Source: Nitrospirota bacterium (GTDB taxonomy: Bacteria > Nitrospirota > UBA9217). From it: DNA of 64,000 nucleotides. A program made the position numbers and the translations under genes. The notes under the pieces are model-generated. The model was not told the DNA's origin. It worked only from the letters and a program-made list of their open reading frames with translations, and ran no database searches. Location: contig CAWCKW010000012.1 of NCBI GenBank assembly GCA_963796285.1, forward strand, positions 512,001-576,000, given 5' to 3'. Shown piece by piece: positions 1-10,876 of the stretch. Each line of letters opens with the position of its first letter. The first letter of the stretch is position 1.

Positions 1-37
1 GCTGTGCACCAATTAAAAAGGAGTTGCTGAAATACAT
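1..37 (-). CDS. 5' end of a gene running off the window (MYFSNSFLIGAQ...)
   Basis: The minus strand reads AAGGAGGAGGT directly before an ATG at 37, and the frame is open to the window edge. Confidence 0.55.
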   Translation of the reverse strand, partial: MYFSNSFLIGAQ

Positions 38-87
38 ACCTCCTCCTTATTAGAAGAAAGATTGCTTATCTGTTTTTATTATAACGT

Positions 88-579
88 TCACTCTTCCTCT
101 GCATTTTTTCGTCGTTGAGCACGATCTATCGCTCGCTGTTTTTGTCTATTAATAAATTCTTGCTGAGCTGGCGTTGGCCCATATTGTTTTGGAGCAGACT
201 CCGAAGCGTAATGATCGGCGCTTGGCGGCGAAACGGTTGATCCCGCAATCCTTTCATGAGAGATATACATATCGTATGACATGCCGTCCGTTCCCTTGAG
301 CGAGATGCTGTCGGAACGAACTGCAACGATCTTTGACCCATCCGGCAAGGTATCGTGCACCCGGTAAAAAGTCTGCTCGCCTTTCGAATCGCTGAATACT
401 GCGCCGATAAACTTCTTGCTCTGAATCGTCCCGATCAGACGAGAGGCCTGCGGCCCGGTAGCCTGGGCGTCCACCGTGTTGACAAAGAAATGCGGCAAAA
501 TAAAGACGAATGCCGAACACAACAACGTGCCGACGGTTTTTCCCTTTATCGATCGCAGTCTGATATGCGTTAGGTTCAT
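88..579 (-). CDS. Hypothetical membrane-anchored/exported protein, resembles the GspC (T2SS protein C) N-terminal HR domain
   Basis: Likely start MNLTHIRL at 579; a hydrophobic segment, then RLIGTI...AVFSDSKGEQTFYRVHDTLPDGSKIVAVRSDSISL, a GspC/PilP-like pattern. Confidence 0.45.
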   Translation of the reverse strand: MNLTHIRLRSIKGKTVGTLLCSAFVFILPHFFVNTVDAQATGPQASRLIGTIQSKKFIGAVFSDSKGEQTFYRVHDTLPDGSKIVAVRSDSISLKGTDGMSYDMYISHERIAGSTVSPPSADHYASESAPKQYGPTPAQQEFINRQKQRAIDRAQRRKNAEEE

Positions 580-652
580 AGTTAAAGCGGTAAATCCCTG
601 CGGCTTTCTAGGGTGAAATTCGGTGTAAGCGCCTAAGTCTGTGAGTATCTGC

Positions 653-1632
<980 letters not shown>

Positions 1633-1636
1633 GCCG

Positions 1637-2980
1637 TTACAGGATATACCTGCTCAGATCTTCGCTCTTCAGGACGTCCTCAAGGCGCTCCTGCACATAT
1701 TTTGCGTTGATGGCGACCTTGAGCCCTTTTTCTCTGGCGCGTCAAAGGAGATCTCGTCAAGCAGGCGCTCCATGATGGTGTGGAGCCTGCGGGCTCCGAT
1801 ATTCTCCGTGCGATCGTTTACCTTGGTCGCGATGTCGGCGATCTCCTCGATCGAGTCCTGGGAGAAGGTGATCGATACCTCTTCCGTGGCAAGGAGGGCG
1901 ACCTGCTGCTTGATGAGGGCGTTCTGCGGCTCGGTCAGGATGCGGATGAACTCTGCCTTGCCCAAAGAATCGAGCTCGACCCGGATCGGGAACCTGCCCT
2001 GGAGCTCGGGGATCAGGTCCGACGGTTTTGACACATGGAACGCGCCTGCGGCGATGAACAGGATATGGTCGGTCCTGACCGGCCCGTACTTGGTCGTGAT
2101 CGTTGAACCTTCGACGATCGGCAGGAGGTCGCGCTGAACACCCTCGCGGGACACGTCGGGACCGTGTGATTCGCGGCCGGCGATCTTGTCGATCTCGTCG
2201 AGGAACACGATGCCGGACTGCTCGATGCGCTGGAGCGCTTCTTTGATGACCTTGTCCATGTCGATCAGCTTCGCCGCCTCTTCCTGTACCAGGAGCCGGA
2301 GCGCGTCAGGCACTTTGACCTTGCGCCGTTTGGTCTTTTCGGGAAGGAGTCCGCCAAGCATCTCCTTGAGATTCATCTCGATCTCTTCCATGCCGACATT
2401 CGAGATGATGCCGAAGGGCATGACTTTCTCTTTTTGCTCGAGTTCCACCATCCGTCCGTCGAGTTTGCCTTCCCGTAACTGCTGACGGAGCTTGTCGCGA
2501 GTGCTCGAGTGCTGCTCTTCCTGTTCGGCCGAAGGGGTTTCGGAACCCGGCCGATGTCCTGGGCGGCGGCAACAGCAGGTCGAGAAGACGTTCCTCGGCC
2601 ATGGCCGCTGCCTTTTCCTGGACCTGTTCCGTCATCTCGGTCTTTACCATGTTGATGCCGATCTCGGTAAGATCGCGGATGATGGACTCCACGTCGCGTC
2701 CCACATATCCGACCTCGGTGAATTTCGACGCTTCGATCTTGAGAAAAGGGGCCTGGACGAGCTTCGCGAGCCTGCGGGCGATCTCCGTCTTTCCAACGCC
2801 CGTGGGGCCGATCATGATGATGTTCTTCGGCATGACCTCGTCGCGGAGGTCTTCGGACAGACGCTGCCGTCTCCAGCGGTTCCGGAGCGCTATGGCAACG
2901 GCGCGCTTGGCCTTGTGCTGGCCGATGACGTACTTGTCGAGCTCTTCTACGACCTGTCGTGGTGTGAGCGAATCTTTCAA
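1637..2980 (-). CDS. hslU: ATP-dependent protease ATPase subunit HslU (frameshifted, probably assembly error)
   Basis: [50 protein letters not shown] and C-terminal DLSRYIL*; GGAGG RBS before TTG at 2980; frame breaks near 2490-2530 and 1720. Confidence 0.95.
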
Positions 2981-2998
2981 AAAAACCTCCGGTTTAAA

Positions 2999-3091
2999 TT
3001 GCGGATTGTGGAGTGCAGAGTGCGGATTAATCAGGGCCAAAGGCGAAACGTCAAGGGTCATCTTTGCCTTTTATTCCGCATTCCGCAATCC
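2999..3091. repeat. Heptamer-arm element (TGCGGAN / NTCCGCA)
   Basis: TTGCGGATTGTGGAGTGCAGAGTGCGGATT followed by the inverted arm ATTCCGCATTCCGCAATC, between hslV and hslU. Confidence 0.65.
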
Positions 3092-3107
3092 TGAACTCCT
3101 GCAATGA

Positions 3108-3651
3108 TTACAGTTCTTCTATCGTAATAACAGTATTCGTATAAATGCAGATCTCCGCTGCGATCTTCATTGCCTCTTCCACGATCGATCGCGGTATCGA
3201 GTGTGGTGTGGTCCACGAGCGCACGGGCGGCAGCAAGGGCATAGGGGCCGCCTGAGCCGATGGCAGAAATGCCATTTTCCGGTTCGATCACGTCTCCATT
3301 GCCGGAGAGGATAAAGGAGCGTTCATTGTCGGCAACGATCATCAGGGCCTCGAGCCGGCGAAGGACCTTGTCCGTTCTCCAGTCTTTGGCAAGCTCAACC
3401 GCGGCGCGGGTGAGGTTGCCGTGGTACTGGTCGAGCTTGGCCTCGAATTTTTCGAAGAGCGTGAACGCGTCGGCGGTGGCGCCTGCGAAACCGGCAAGGA
3501 TCTTGTCATTGTACATCTTGCGCACTTTTTTTGCATTGTGCTTCATCACCGTCGCGCCGACGGTCACTTGTCCGTCGCCGGCGATCGCTGTTTTCCCGTT
3601 TCGCCGAACAGCCAGGATCGTTGTTCCGTGCAGGGGTGTTATTTCACTCAT
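3108..3651 (-). CDS. hslV: ATP-dependent protease peptidase subunit HslV (frameshift near the C-terminus)
   Basis: [25 protein letters not shown] and AIGSGG; the true C-terminus [12 protein letters not shown] is in another frame. Confidence 0.95.
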
Positions 3652-3674
3652 AGCTCCTCCGATGATGTTTTATT

Positions 3675-3780
3675 ACCGCAGAGACGCTGAGCACGCTGAG
3701 AAAAACTTTAATTTAAAAAACGCGTCCTGTTTTTATCCGGACCTTGTTTCTCTGCGATCTCTGCGTCCTCTGCGGTGAAA
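3675..3780. repeat. Intergenic hairpin element (ACCGCAGAG family, 9-nt periodic arms)
   Basis: Left arm ACCGCAGAG-ACGCTGAG-CACGCTGAG; right arm CTCTGCGAT-CTCTGCGTC-CTCTGCGGT; 3759-3780 is the exact reverse complement of 53545-53566. Confidence 0.85.
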
Positions 3781-3792
3781 GAGAAGTCTTGT

Positions 3793-4680
3793 CTACCGCT
3801 TCCTCGCCTTCGGGTGCGCCTTGTCATATACCTCCATCAGCGAGTCGAGGTTCACGTGCGTGTATCGCTGGGTCGTCGATAGGCTCGCGTGGCCGAGAAG
3901 CTCCTGGATGGCCCGCAGGTCCGCACCGGACTCAAGCAAGTGAGTGGCAAAGCTGTGCCGGAGCGTGTGCGGGCTCGCTTTTTGCTGCAGTCCCAGCTGT
4001 TTTCTATGGTTTTCTAAAATACGCTGAACCGTACGTGCTGTCAAGCGTTTTCCTGACGGCCCGAGGAAGACCGCGGCTTCATCAGAGGTCCCGTCCAGAC
4101 GGCCTAGATACGCATCGATCGCTTCCAGGGCCTTGGTCCCGATCGGCACGATCCGTTCCTTGCGGCCTTTACCCCGGATGCGGATGAGGCTGTCATGTCG
4201 GTCGATATCCTCCCGGTTCATGCCGATGAGTTCGCTCGCGCGGATGCCGGTGGAGTAGAGGGTTTCAAGTACGGCGCGGTCTCTCAGCATGGCGTCTTGG
4301 TCCGCGGGCTTCTTTGCCTTCGGCGATTCCATGAGTCGTATCGCGTCGTCGGCCGTCAGCACGGCGGGAAGGCGCTGTTCGCGGCGCGGTGTGGCGACCA
4401 GCCGGGCCGGATTGCTCGTGAGTATTCCCTCGCGGTTCAGATACCTGAAGAACGTTCGGATGGCGGAGAGTTTCCTGGCAATGGATGATTTTTTTACATC
4501 GACCTGCATGAGGTGGGCAATGAACCGCCGAAGCGTTTGATGGTCCACCGCGGACAGATCTTTATCGCCGAGAAAGGCGGAGAGCTGTTCCAGATCGGAA
4601 TGATAGCTCCGCACGGTGTGAGGAGAAACGTTTCGCTCATTTCTGAGGTAGGTGAGAAAGTCAAAAATGTGCTTCTGCAT
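3793..4680 (-). CDS. xerC: Tyrosine recombinase XerC
   Basis: RDRAVLETLYSTGIRASEL, GKGRKER, HTLRHSFATH and LGHASLSTTQRY; canonical position upstream of hslVU. Confidence 0.93.
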   Translation of the reverse strand: MQKHIFDFLTYLRNERNVSPHTVRSYHSDLEQLSAFLGDKDLSAVDHQTLRRFIAHLMQVDVKKSSIARKLSAIRTFFRYLNREGILTSNPARLVATPRREQRLPAVLTADDAIRLMESPKAKKPADQDAMLRDRAVLETLYSTGIRASELIGMNREDIDRHDSLIRIRGKGRKERIVPIGTKALEAIDAYLGRLDGTSDEAAVFLGPSGKRLTARTVQRILENHRKQLGLQQKASPHTLRHSFATHLLESGADLRAIQELLGHASLSTTQRYTHVNLDSLMEVYDKAHPKARKR

Positions 4681-4686
4681 GAAGAT

Positions 4687-4715
4687 ACTTTAGCGTAACA
4701 GGAGTGAATTTGCAA
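4687..4715 (-). promoter_or_regulatory. Sigma70-type promoter, predicts a leaderless xerC transcript
   Basis: TTGCAA-17 bp-TAAAGT-6 bp-ATG on the minus strand; no Shine-Dalgarno sequence. Confidence 0.55.
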
Positions 4716-4750
4716 GGGCAGAGGGAAATGAAAAAGAGAAACTACTTGGC

Positions 4751-4847
4751 TTGGCCGCAAGAGAACGCAAAGAACTCAAAGAAACAACCCGAAACTCGAA
4801 TTTCTATTTTAAATCGTTCTGCGTTCCTTGCGCTCTTTTGCGGCTAA
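4751..4847. repeat. Hairpin element (GCCGCAAA family) overlapping the topA 3' end
   Basis: TTGGCCGCAAGAGAACGCAAAGAACTCAAAGAA versus the inverted arm TTCTGCGTTCCTTGCGCTCTTTTGCGGCTAA. Confidence 0.75.
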
Positions 4848-7491
4848 CGGATTTTGATCTGGGTAGTTTCTGTTTGTCCGATTGAGATTTTGCTGGAGAG
4901 CCGGAGGCCGGCGATGCCTTTTTCCTCGAAGGCTTCTTGGCCGCCTTTTTGGACGGCGTTCGTTTTTTTCGCCCGGCACCGTTGCCCGCGTTTTCGCGAC
5001 GTATCGCCAGCAGTTCATAAGCGCGTTCAGGTATCATTTCTTCGAGGCGGTCGCTCCGCGTGAGGCTTGCATTGGTTTCCCCATCAGTGACATATACGCC
5101 GAACTTGCCCTCTTTGGCCAGGACCGGTTTGCTGCTCACCGGGTCATTGCCGAACTCGCGCAGCGGAGGCCTTGGTGCAGCGCGCCGTCCGAACTGGCGC
5201 GGCGTTGAAAGCAGCGCAAGGGCCTGTTCGACGGTAATATCGAAGATCTGTTCTTCGCTGGCGAGCGTGCGACTTTCTTTGCCCTTGGTGATATAGGGGC
5301 CATAGCGGCCATTTTGTGCGGTGATCGCCAGGCCATCAGCCGGATCAACGCCCACCACACGCGGCAGCGATAGCAGCCGCGCAGCGTCCGGGAGAGTGAT
5401 GCGAGCCGGATCCATGGTCTTGAACAATGACACCATCCTCGGTTTGTCAAGCCCGGGCGGGGGAGCATCAACAGTGCCCCATTGTACGTACGCGCCGTAG
5501 CGGCCGCTCTTGATAAACAGAGGCAGACCGTCGATTTCGCCGATCGCTTCGGTCCCCTTTGGCGCAGCGAGCAGTTTCAGCGCCGCGTCCAGTGTCAGTT
5601 CATCGGGCGTCATGGTATCGGGAACGCTGGCCGTCTCTTCACCGCGGCGAACGTAGGGCCCGAATTTCCCGGGCTTAACCACGACTTCAAGTCCGGTTTC
5701 CGGATCAATGCCGACGGGGAAGGTGTTGATTGTCGAGGCATCGATCTCGTCCAGGTTGATTGCAACGCGTTGCTTGAGACCTACGAGGCCCTGGTCATTG
5801 CCGAAATAAAAATCAGCGAGCCACTGTTCCTTCTTTTGCAATCCCTGCGCGATCGCATCGAGATCTTCTTCCGTGTTCGCGGTAAAACTGTAGTCGACAA
5901 GACCGGAGAAGTGCTTCACCAGCAGATTAATGACGGAGAATGCAACCCAGTTGGGTACGAGCGCCTGGCCTTTCTTCCACACATAACCGCGATTGACGAT
6001 CGTTTGCATGATGGATGCCCAGGTTGAGGGACGGCCAATACCCAGTTCCTCAAGTTTTTTGATGAGTGAAGCTTCGGTGTACCGCGCGGGCGGCTGCGTG
6101 ACGTGTCCACTCGGTGTGACGTTCGCAATGTCGATCTTGTCACCAACAGCAAGCTTCGGCAGCAGCGCTTCACGCTTGCTGTTCTCGGTATCGTCATCGG
6201 TGGATTCCTCGTACACCTGCCGGTAGCCTGCAAAGGCGATCGTCGTGCCGCTCGCAGTGAATTCGCAGTCAGTTCCCTGGCTCAGTGCGCCCAGACGTAT
6301 GCTGACGGTGGTGCCGTTCGCGTCGGCCATCTGCGACGCGAGCGTGCGTTGCCAGATCAGCTCATACAGGGCAAGCTCCTGGGGGTTGAGATCACTCTTG
6401 AGTTCACGCGGCGACCGCATCGGCGTGCTCGGACGGATCGCTTCATGAGCTTCCTGGGCATTTTTCACTTTCGATGAGTAGCTGCGAGGGGTCGGAGCGA
6501 GGTACTGCTGACCGTATAACTTTCCCACTTCTGCGCGGATCTCTGCAAGCGCCTCATCGGAGATTACGACATTGTCCGTCCGCATATAGGTGATGAAACC
6601 GCGTTCATATAAACCCTGCGCGACGCGCATGACCTGTGCTGCGGACAGACGCAATTTCCGGCCGCCTTCCTGCTGGAGGGTTGACGTCATGAACGGCGCC
6701 TTTGGCGAAGAGCGGTAGGGTTTTTCCTCGACACTGCGTACCGTGAGATGCGTTTTATCAAGGCCGGCTGCCAGCGCCATGGCCCGGGTCTTGTCGAGGA
6801 CGATGACCTTGTCGCCGGCACGACCCGTGCTGTCAAAATCCTTGCCCGTTGCGACTTTGGTGCCGTCGAGAGTGACGAGAACGGCCATAAACGGAGGTGT
6901 CGTCGCAGTCACGACTTCGATGCCCCAGTATCCGGCAGCGACATGAGCGATGCGTTCCTGTTCTCGTTCCACCACGAGACGAAGCGCCGGGCTCTGGACC
7001 CGGCCGGCAGACAGACCGCGATTTACGCGTCGCCACAGCACCGGAGACACCTCGTATCCAAAGAGCCGATCCAGGATCCGGCGCGTCTCAGCAGCATCAA
7101 CCAGCCCGCGATCGATGCCGCGCGGATTGGCGACCGCGTGTTCGATCGCCGATTTGGTGATTTCGTGGAACACCATGCGCCGCACCGGTATCTTCGGTTT
7201 CAGGTGTTCTACAAGGTGCCACGAGATCGCTTCACCCTCGCGGTCTTCGTCGGTCGCGAGATACAGGGCGCTTGCGCTTTTCATCGCTGCCCGGAGTTCT
7301 CGCACCACTTGTGTGCCGCGTTCAGTGAGCTCATAGGTGGGTTTAAATCCATGGTCGACATCAACCGCGAGCCCTTTGCTCGGGAGGTCTGCAATATGGC
7401 CGACAGAGGCGCGCACATCAAAGCCATCGCCGAGGTATTTGGCGATGGTTTTTGCCTTTGCCGGTGATTCAACAATGACGAGGGATTTCAT
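4804..7491 (-). CDS. topA: DNA topoisomerase I, Actinobacteria-type C-terminus (Topo C repeats, Lys-rich tail, no zinc ribbons)
   Basis: LVIVESPAKAK, LATDEDREGE, SAGRVQ, catalytic ITYMRTD, AQEAHEAIRP; C-terminal GKFGPYV/GRYGAYV/GRYGPYI/GKFGVYV repeats. Confidence 0.96.
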   Translation of the reverse strand: MKSLVIVESPAKAKTIAKYLGDGFDVRASVGHIADLPSKGLAVDVDHGFKPTYELTERGTQVVRELRAAMKSASALYLATDEDREGEAISWHLVEHLKPKIPVRRMVFHEITKSAIEHAVANPRGIDRGLVDAAETRRILDRLFGYEVSPVLWRRVNRGLSAGRVQSPALRLVVEREQERIAHVAAGYWGIEVVTATTPPFMAVLVTLDGTKVATGKDFDSTGRAGDKVIVLDKTRAMALAAGLDKTHLTVRSVEEKPYRSSPKAPFMTSTLQQEGGRKLRLSAAQVMRVAQGLYERGFITYMRTDNVVISDEALAEIRAEVGKLYGQQYLAPTPRSYSSKVKNAQEAHEAIRPSTPMRSPRELKSDLNPQELALYELIWQRTLASQMADANGTTVSIRLGALSQGTDCEFTASGTTIAFAGYRQVYEESTDDDTENSKREALLPKLAVGDKIDIANVTPSGHVTQPPARYTEASLIKKLEELGIGRPSTWASIMQTIVNRGYVWKKGQALVPNWVAFSVINLLVKHFSGLVDYSFTANTEEDLDAIAQGLQKKEQWLADFYFGNDQGLVGLKQRVAINLDEIDASTINTFPVGIDPETGLEVVVKPGKFGPYVRRGEETASVPDTMTPDELTLDAALKLLAAPKGTEAIGEIDGLPLFIKSGRYGAYVQWGTVDAPPPGLDKPRMVSLFKTMDPARITLPDAARLLSLPRVVGVDPADGLAITAQNGRYGPYITKGKESRTLASEEQIFDITVEQALALLSTPRQFGRRAAPRPPLREFGNDPVSSKPVLAKEGKFGVYVTDGETNASLTRSDRLEEMIPERAYELLAIRRENAGNGAGRKKRTPSKKAAKKPSRKKASPASGSPAKSQSDKQKLPRSKSVSRKRAQGTQNDLK

Positions 7492-7507
7492 TAAGCAATG
7501 CCTTCTT

Positions 7508-7584
7508 ACCACAGAAGTCACGGAGAATAAATGCAGAGTTAAAAAGGACGAGTCACATTCGGTAATCTCCGTGAACTCTGTGGT
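7508..7584. repeat. Intergenic hairpin element (ACCACAGA family)
   Basis: ACCACAGAAGTCACGGAGA ... TCTCCGTGAACTCTGTGGT. Confidence 0.8.
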
Positions 7585-7593
7585 GGATCAGTT

Positions 7594-8069
7594 CTAATTC
7601 CACGCGGTCTTTTTTGTCCGCCGGACACCCACGGACGCGCTGTGCTCCCGGTCAGGAGGAGAGATGAAGAGGATATAGGCTATCAGGTTCTTGATATCGC
7701 AAGTTCTATCCGTTCAGTATATGTGGTCATGGCCTTTTCCAGCAGTTCTTCCCGCTGGTCCTCGGCAATGATGCCGAGATGGGTGAGCTTCGAGACAAAA
7801 CCAAAGGCGTCAATGGTAAATCGTTCGCGTTCTTCCCGGTTCATCGACCTCATCCTGACCGACGAAGCTTTCGGTTTTGTTGTGAAGAAGCTCTCGGATT
7901 GTTTCTGAACAAGGGTCTGCATCAGGGTGAGCGCGGCGTCAGCCTCCTGAAGACGGAAACCGCTGTTCAGCAGGGCCTGCATGATCTTGCCTTCGTCATC
8001 GAACAGGTCCTGTTTGTTCCGGACCTGGTCCGCAATAAGCGAAAAGAGGTCCATCATTTGTTCGTCCAC
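7594..8069 (-). CDS. DUF494/Smg-like protein (frameshift near the C-terminus)
   Basis: Sits between dprA and topA; LLNSGFRLQEADAAL and MRSMNREERERFTIDAFGFV...GII...QREELLEKAM match the Smg pattern. Confidence 0.75.
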
Positions 8070-8155
8070 TTGATCTCCTGTTTATGCCACAAAGACTCGA
8101 AGATACTAAGAAAAGACTTGTCTTTCTTCGCGCCGTGGTGACTGAGCGTCAATAC

Positions 8156-9263
8156 TTATGATTCTTCTCTTACAAAATACTTCCCCGGGAGCTGTTTCGC
8201 AAGTCCTTTCAGCTCCAGGCTGATCAGTACTCCGCTGAGCTTTCCGGCATGAGCACGGCTTTCATTCATGATGATGTCAATGTGCTTCGGTTCGTTCGTA
8301 ATGCAGCAAAGCACCGTCGTTTCCTCCGGGGTGAGCGAGGGCAGGGGTCGCGCCGGAGGCGCCTGTCCTTTGGCCTGCTTTTGCATCCCAAGGTCCCGCA
8401 GGATATCGTCTACGCCTTCTACCAGGGTCGCGCCCTGCTTGATAAGGCTGTTCGTGCCTTTGCTTGTCGATGAACCGATGTTTCCTGGGACGGCATAGAG
8501 CTTGCGGCCCTGTTCGAGCGCGTACTTCGCGGTGATGAGCGAGCCGCTGTCCTCGGCAGCCTCGATGATCACGGTCCCCCGCGAGAGTCCGCTGATGATC
8601 CGGTTCCTCGAAGGGAAGTAGCCGGATTCGGGTTGCGTGCCGAAGGGATTTTCGGTCATCACAGCCCCGCCCACGGCTGATCTCTTCCATCAGTCCCTTG
8701 TTCTCGGGCGGATACGCCACGTCGATGCCGCACCCGAGCACCGCGATGGTCCTGCCTTGTGCCGCGAGAGCGCCACGATGCGCCTGGGTGTCGATACCCC
8801 GCGCCATTCCGCTGACGATGGTAAAACCCGCGGAGGAAAGCTCCGACGCGATCCGGCGAGTTACGGTTATCCCGTAGTGAGTGGGCTTGCGAGTGCCCAC
8901 GATCGCGATCGCGTTCCCGTCATCGAACTGCAGCGCGCCTTTCACATACAGGTAGACCGGTGCATCGGGCGTGTTCCTGAGTTGTTCGGGATACGCGGGG
9001 CTATCAGCGGTGACTATCATAACGTTCGCTTCAGCCGCTTTTGCGATCTCCCGCATCGCATGCTCCTGCCAGGGAAAGGAACCGATTGCCGCGGCAATTT
9101 TGTCGGACAACCCACCGATCTTCCTGAGATCATCGGGGGAAGCGAAGAGCGCCCGCTCCGGTGAACCGAACAGAGTGACGAGTTTCCTGAACGTAACGCG
9201 TCCGATTCCCGGAATGCTGCTGAGGCCTATCCAATAGAGATCCGGAGCAGTAGTGTTTTGCAT
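8156..9263 (-). CDS. dprA: DNA-processing protein DprA (one frameshift near 8675)
   Basis: IPGIGRV, AIVGTR, IVSGMARGID, FPSRNRIISGLS, EAAEDSGSLITA, AVPGNI and a C-terminal winged helix. Confidence 0.95.
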
Positions 9264-9306
9264 AAGGCTGTCCGTGTGCAGGCTCTTTCCGCCTTTAAGG
9301 TTAGGA

Positions 9307-9334
9307 ATTATACAGGCTCGGAGAAGATAGTCAA
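9307..9334 (-). promoter_or_regulatory. Sigma70 promoter for the dprA operon
   Basis: TTGACT-16 bp-TATAAT on the minus strand. Confidence 0.6.
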
Positions 9335-9456
9335 GTATATTTTTGCGGTCTGTCCTTGAGTGTGCTATGCTAAAACAGAATGCGCGGCAATTTATGATGA
9401 AGCCCTGATCGATGCCAGTGGGTCGCATGGTCGTCCTTGGTAAAAGGGGAGAGGGT

Positions 9457-10063
9457 ATGCAGCATGAGCTTAAAGCGGTCCTCTTTGATTTCGGTGGAGT
9501 GATCGCAGAAGAGGGATTTTGGGAAGGTATTCAGACCATCGGGAAGGAGCATGGGCTCGATCCTGATGCGTTCTTCCGGATGATCGATGCGCTCATTTAT
9601 GAGACTGGGTATCTCACCGGCAAAGCGGATGAAGCCGAGTTCTGGAACGAGGTCAGGAAGAATACCGGCATCAGCTGCACTGACACCGAGCTCAGGACGC
9701 GAGATCCTGAAACGGTTCGTTCTCAGGCCGGATATGATCGCCTCGGTGGACCTTCTGAGGTCAACGGGGCTCATTATTGCAATGCTGAGCGACCAGACGA
9801 ACTGGCTTGAGGAGATAGACAAGGCTACCGGTCTCTTCAGGCACTTTGACCGCGTCTTCAATTCGTTCAGGACCCACAAGAGCAAACGTGATGCGTCGGT
9901 CTTCAGGGAGGTATGCGCGGAACTTGGTGTCAAGAGGGAAGAAACGCTTTTTATCGATGACAATATCGATCACATTAAGCGGGCGCAGGGGCAGGGGATG
10001 AAGACGATTCATTTTACGGGCATAGATGAATACAAACAGCAGATCAGGAATCTCATCGATTGA
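9457..10063 (+). CDS. HAD-family phosphatase (frameshift near 9700)
   Basis: AVLFDFGGV (motif I), MLSDQ, KSKRD and LFIDD (motif IV). Confidence 0.85.
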
Positions 10064-10076
10064 GAATGAGACAGTA

Positions 10077-10170
10077 TCACGAATGACACAAATGGGACGA
10101 ATTACACTAATGAGACCGGAAGCATGTATTTTCTAATTCGTGACATTCGGATCATTTGTGTAATTCGTGT
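10077..10170. repeat. Intergenic hairpin element (CACGAAT family), inverted twin of 54249-54340
   Basis: Arms TCACGAATGACACAAATG and CATTTGTGTAATTCGTG; the arms match the 54.3 kb copy at 31/35 and 32/35. Confidence 0.85.
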
Positions 10171-10196
10171 TAATGTTTTGGTTCAGATTTAGAGGG

Positions 10197-10769
10197 TCAA
10201 GATGAGGGGGAATTTCTAGATGAAAGTTCCAATGCATTCCTCGCCAGCTCAACCAGGCCAAAGACCTTCAGATCCACAAGCGTGCCGTTCGTCTGCGCGG
10301 TATGGAGAAACTCCTGTACCTTCTGGATCGGGACCTCGGTCACCTCGATGATTTCGTTGTCGTCGCCGCCGTTCTTGCCCACGTGCTTGAGATCCGTACA
10401 CAGATAGGCCCGGAGCGCTTCGGTCGAGGCGCCTGTCGAGATCGGACCTTCGGCAAGAAATGCTATTTTCCCCGCTGACCAGCCGGTTTCCTCGATTAGT
10501 TCACGCTTCGCGGCGGCCTCCATGGACTCGCCTGGATCAACGAGCCCCGCGGGGAGTTCAATGACATCCCGACCCATCGGCGGCCGGAACTGCTTTTCAA
10601 GAATAACGTTGCCCGAAGGTGTAACAGCGACCATGACCACGATGCCGTCGATGCCCACACGCTCGAGGGCCTCCCAGGTGCGCACCACTCCCCGGGCATC
10701 GCGGTAGGTGATCTCCACCGCGCTCATGAAATTACCCTTCCAGACGGTTTTTTTGCTGATGATTTCCAT
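10197..10769 (-). CDS. NUDIX hydrolase (ADP-ribose pyrophosphatase-like)
   Basis: QFRPP and the Nudix box ELPAGLVDPGESMEAAAKRELIEETG. Confidence 0.9.
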   Translation of the reverse strand: MEIISKKTVWKGNFMSAVEITYRDARGVVRTWEALERVGIDGIVVMVAVTPSGNVILEKQFRPPMGRDVIELPAGLVDPGESMEAAAKRELIEETGWSAGKIAFLAEGPISTGASTEALRAYLCTDLKHVGKNGGDDNEIIEVTEVPIQKVQEFLHTAQTNGTLVDLKVFGLVELARNALELSSRNSPSS

Positions 10770-10780
10770 GGTTAAGGAAC

Positions 10781-10872
10781 AGGAGGCAGTAGGCAGGAGC
10801 CAGTATTGAGAATAAATTCAGACGAATGATTCTTTTTTATCTGACTTCTGTCTTCTGGCTTCTGAATTCTGG
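10781..10872. repeat. Heptamer-arm element (CAGAAGN/CAGGAGN family)
   Basis: AGGAGGCAGTAGGCAGGAGCCAG ... TCTGACTTCTGTCTTCTGGCTTCTGAATTCTG; the right arm is close to the reverse complement of 63283-63314. Confidence 0.7.
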
Positions 10873-10876
10873 TGAC

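Noticed and set aside
2981-3107. N-terminal extension of HslU and C-terminal extension of HslV in the ORF track
   Set aside because: These come from reading through the intergenic heptamer element plus a frameshift; the RBS and homology give the shorter boundaries.
3793-4680. Tyrosine recombinase as a phage or island integrase
   Set aside because: Size, motifs and the topA-xerC-hslVU context identify housekeeping XerC; no att site, tRNA or phage genes are nearby.
8085-8140. Additional hairpin-family copy (also 55990-56097)
   Set aside because: The arms are too degenerate to delimit confidently, so these were not counted as features.
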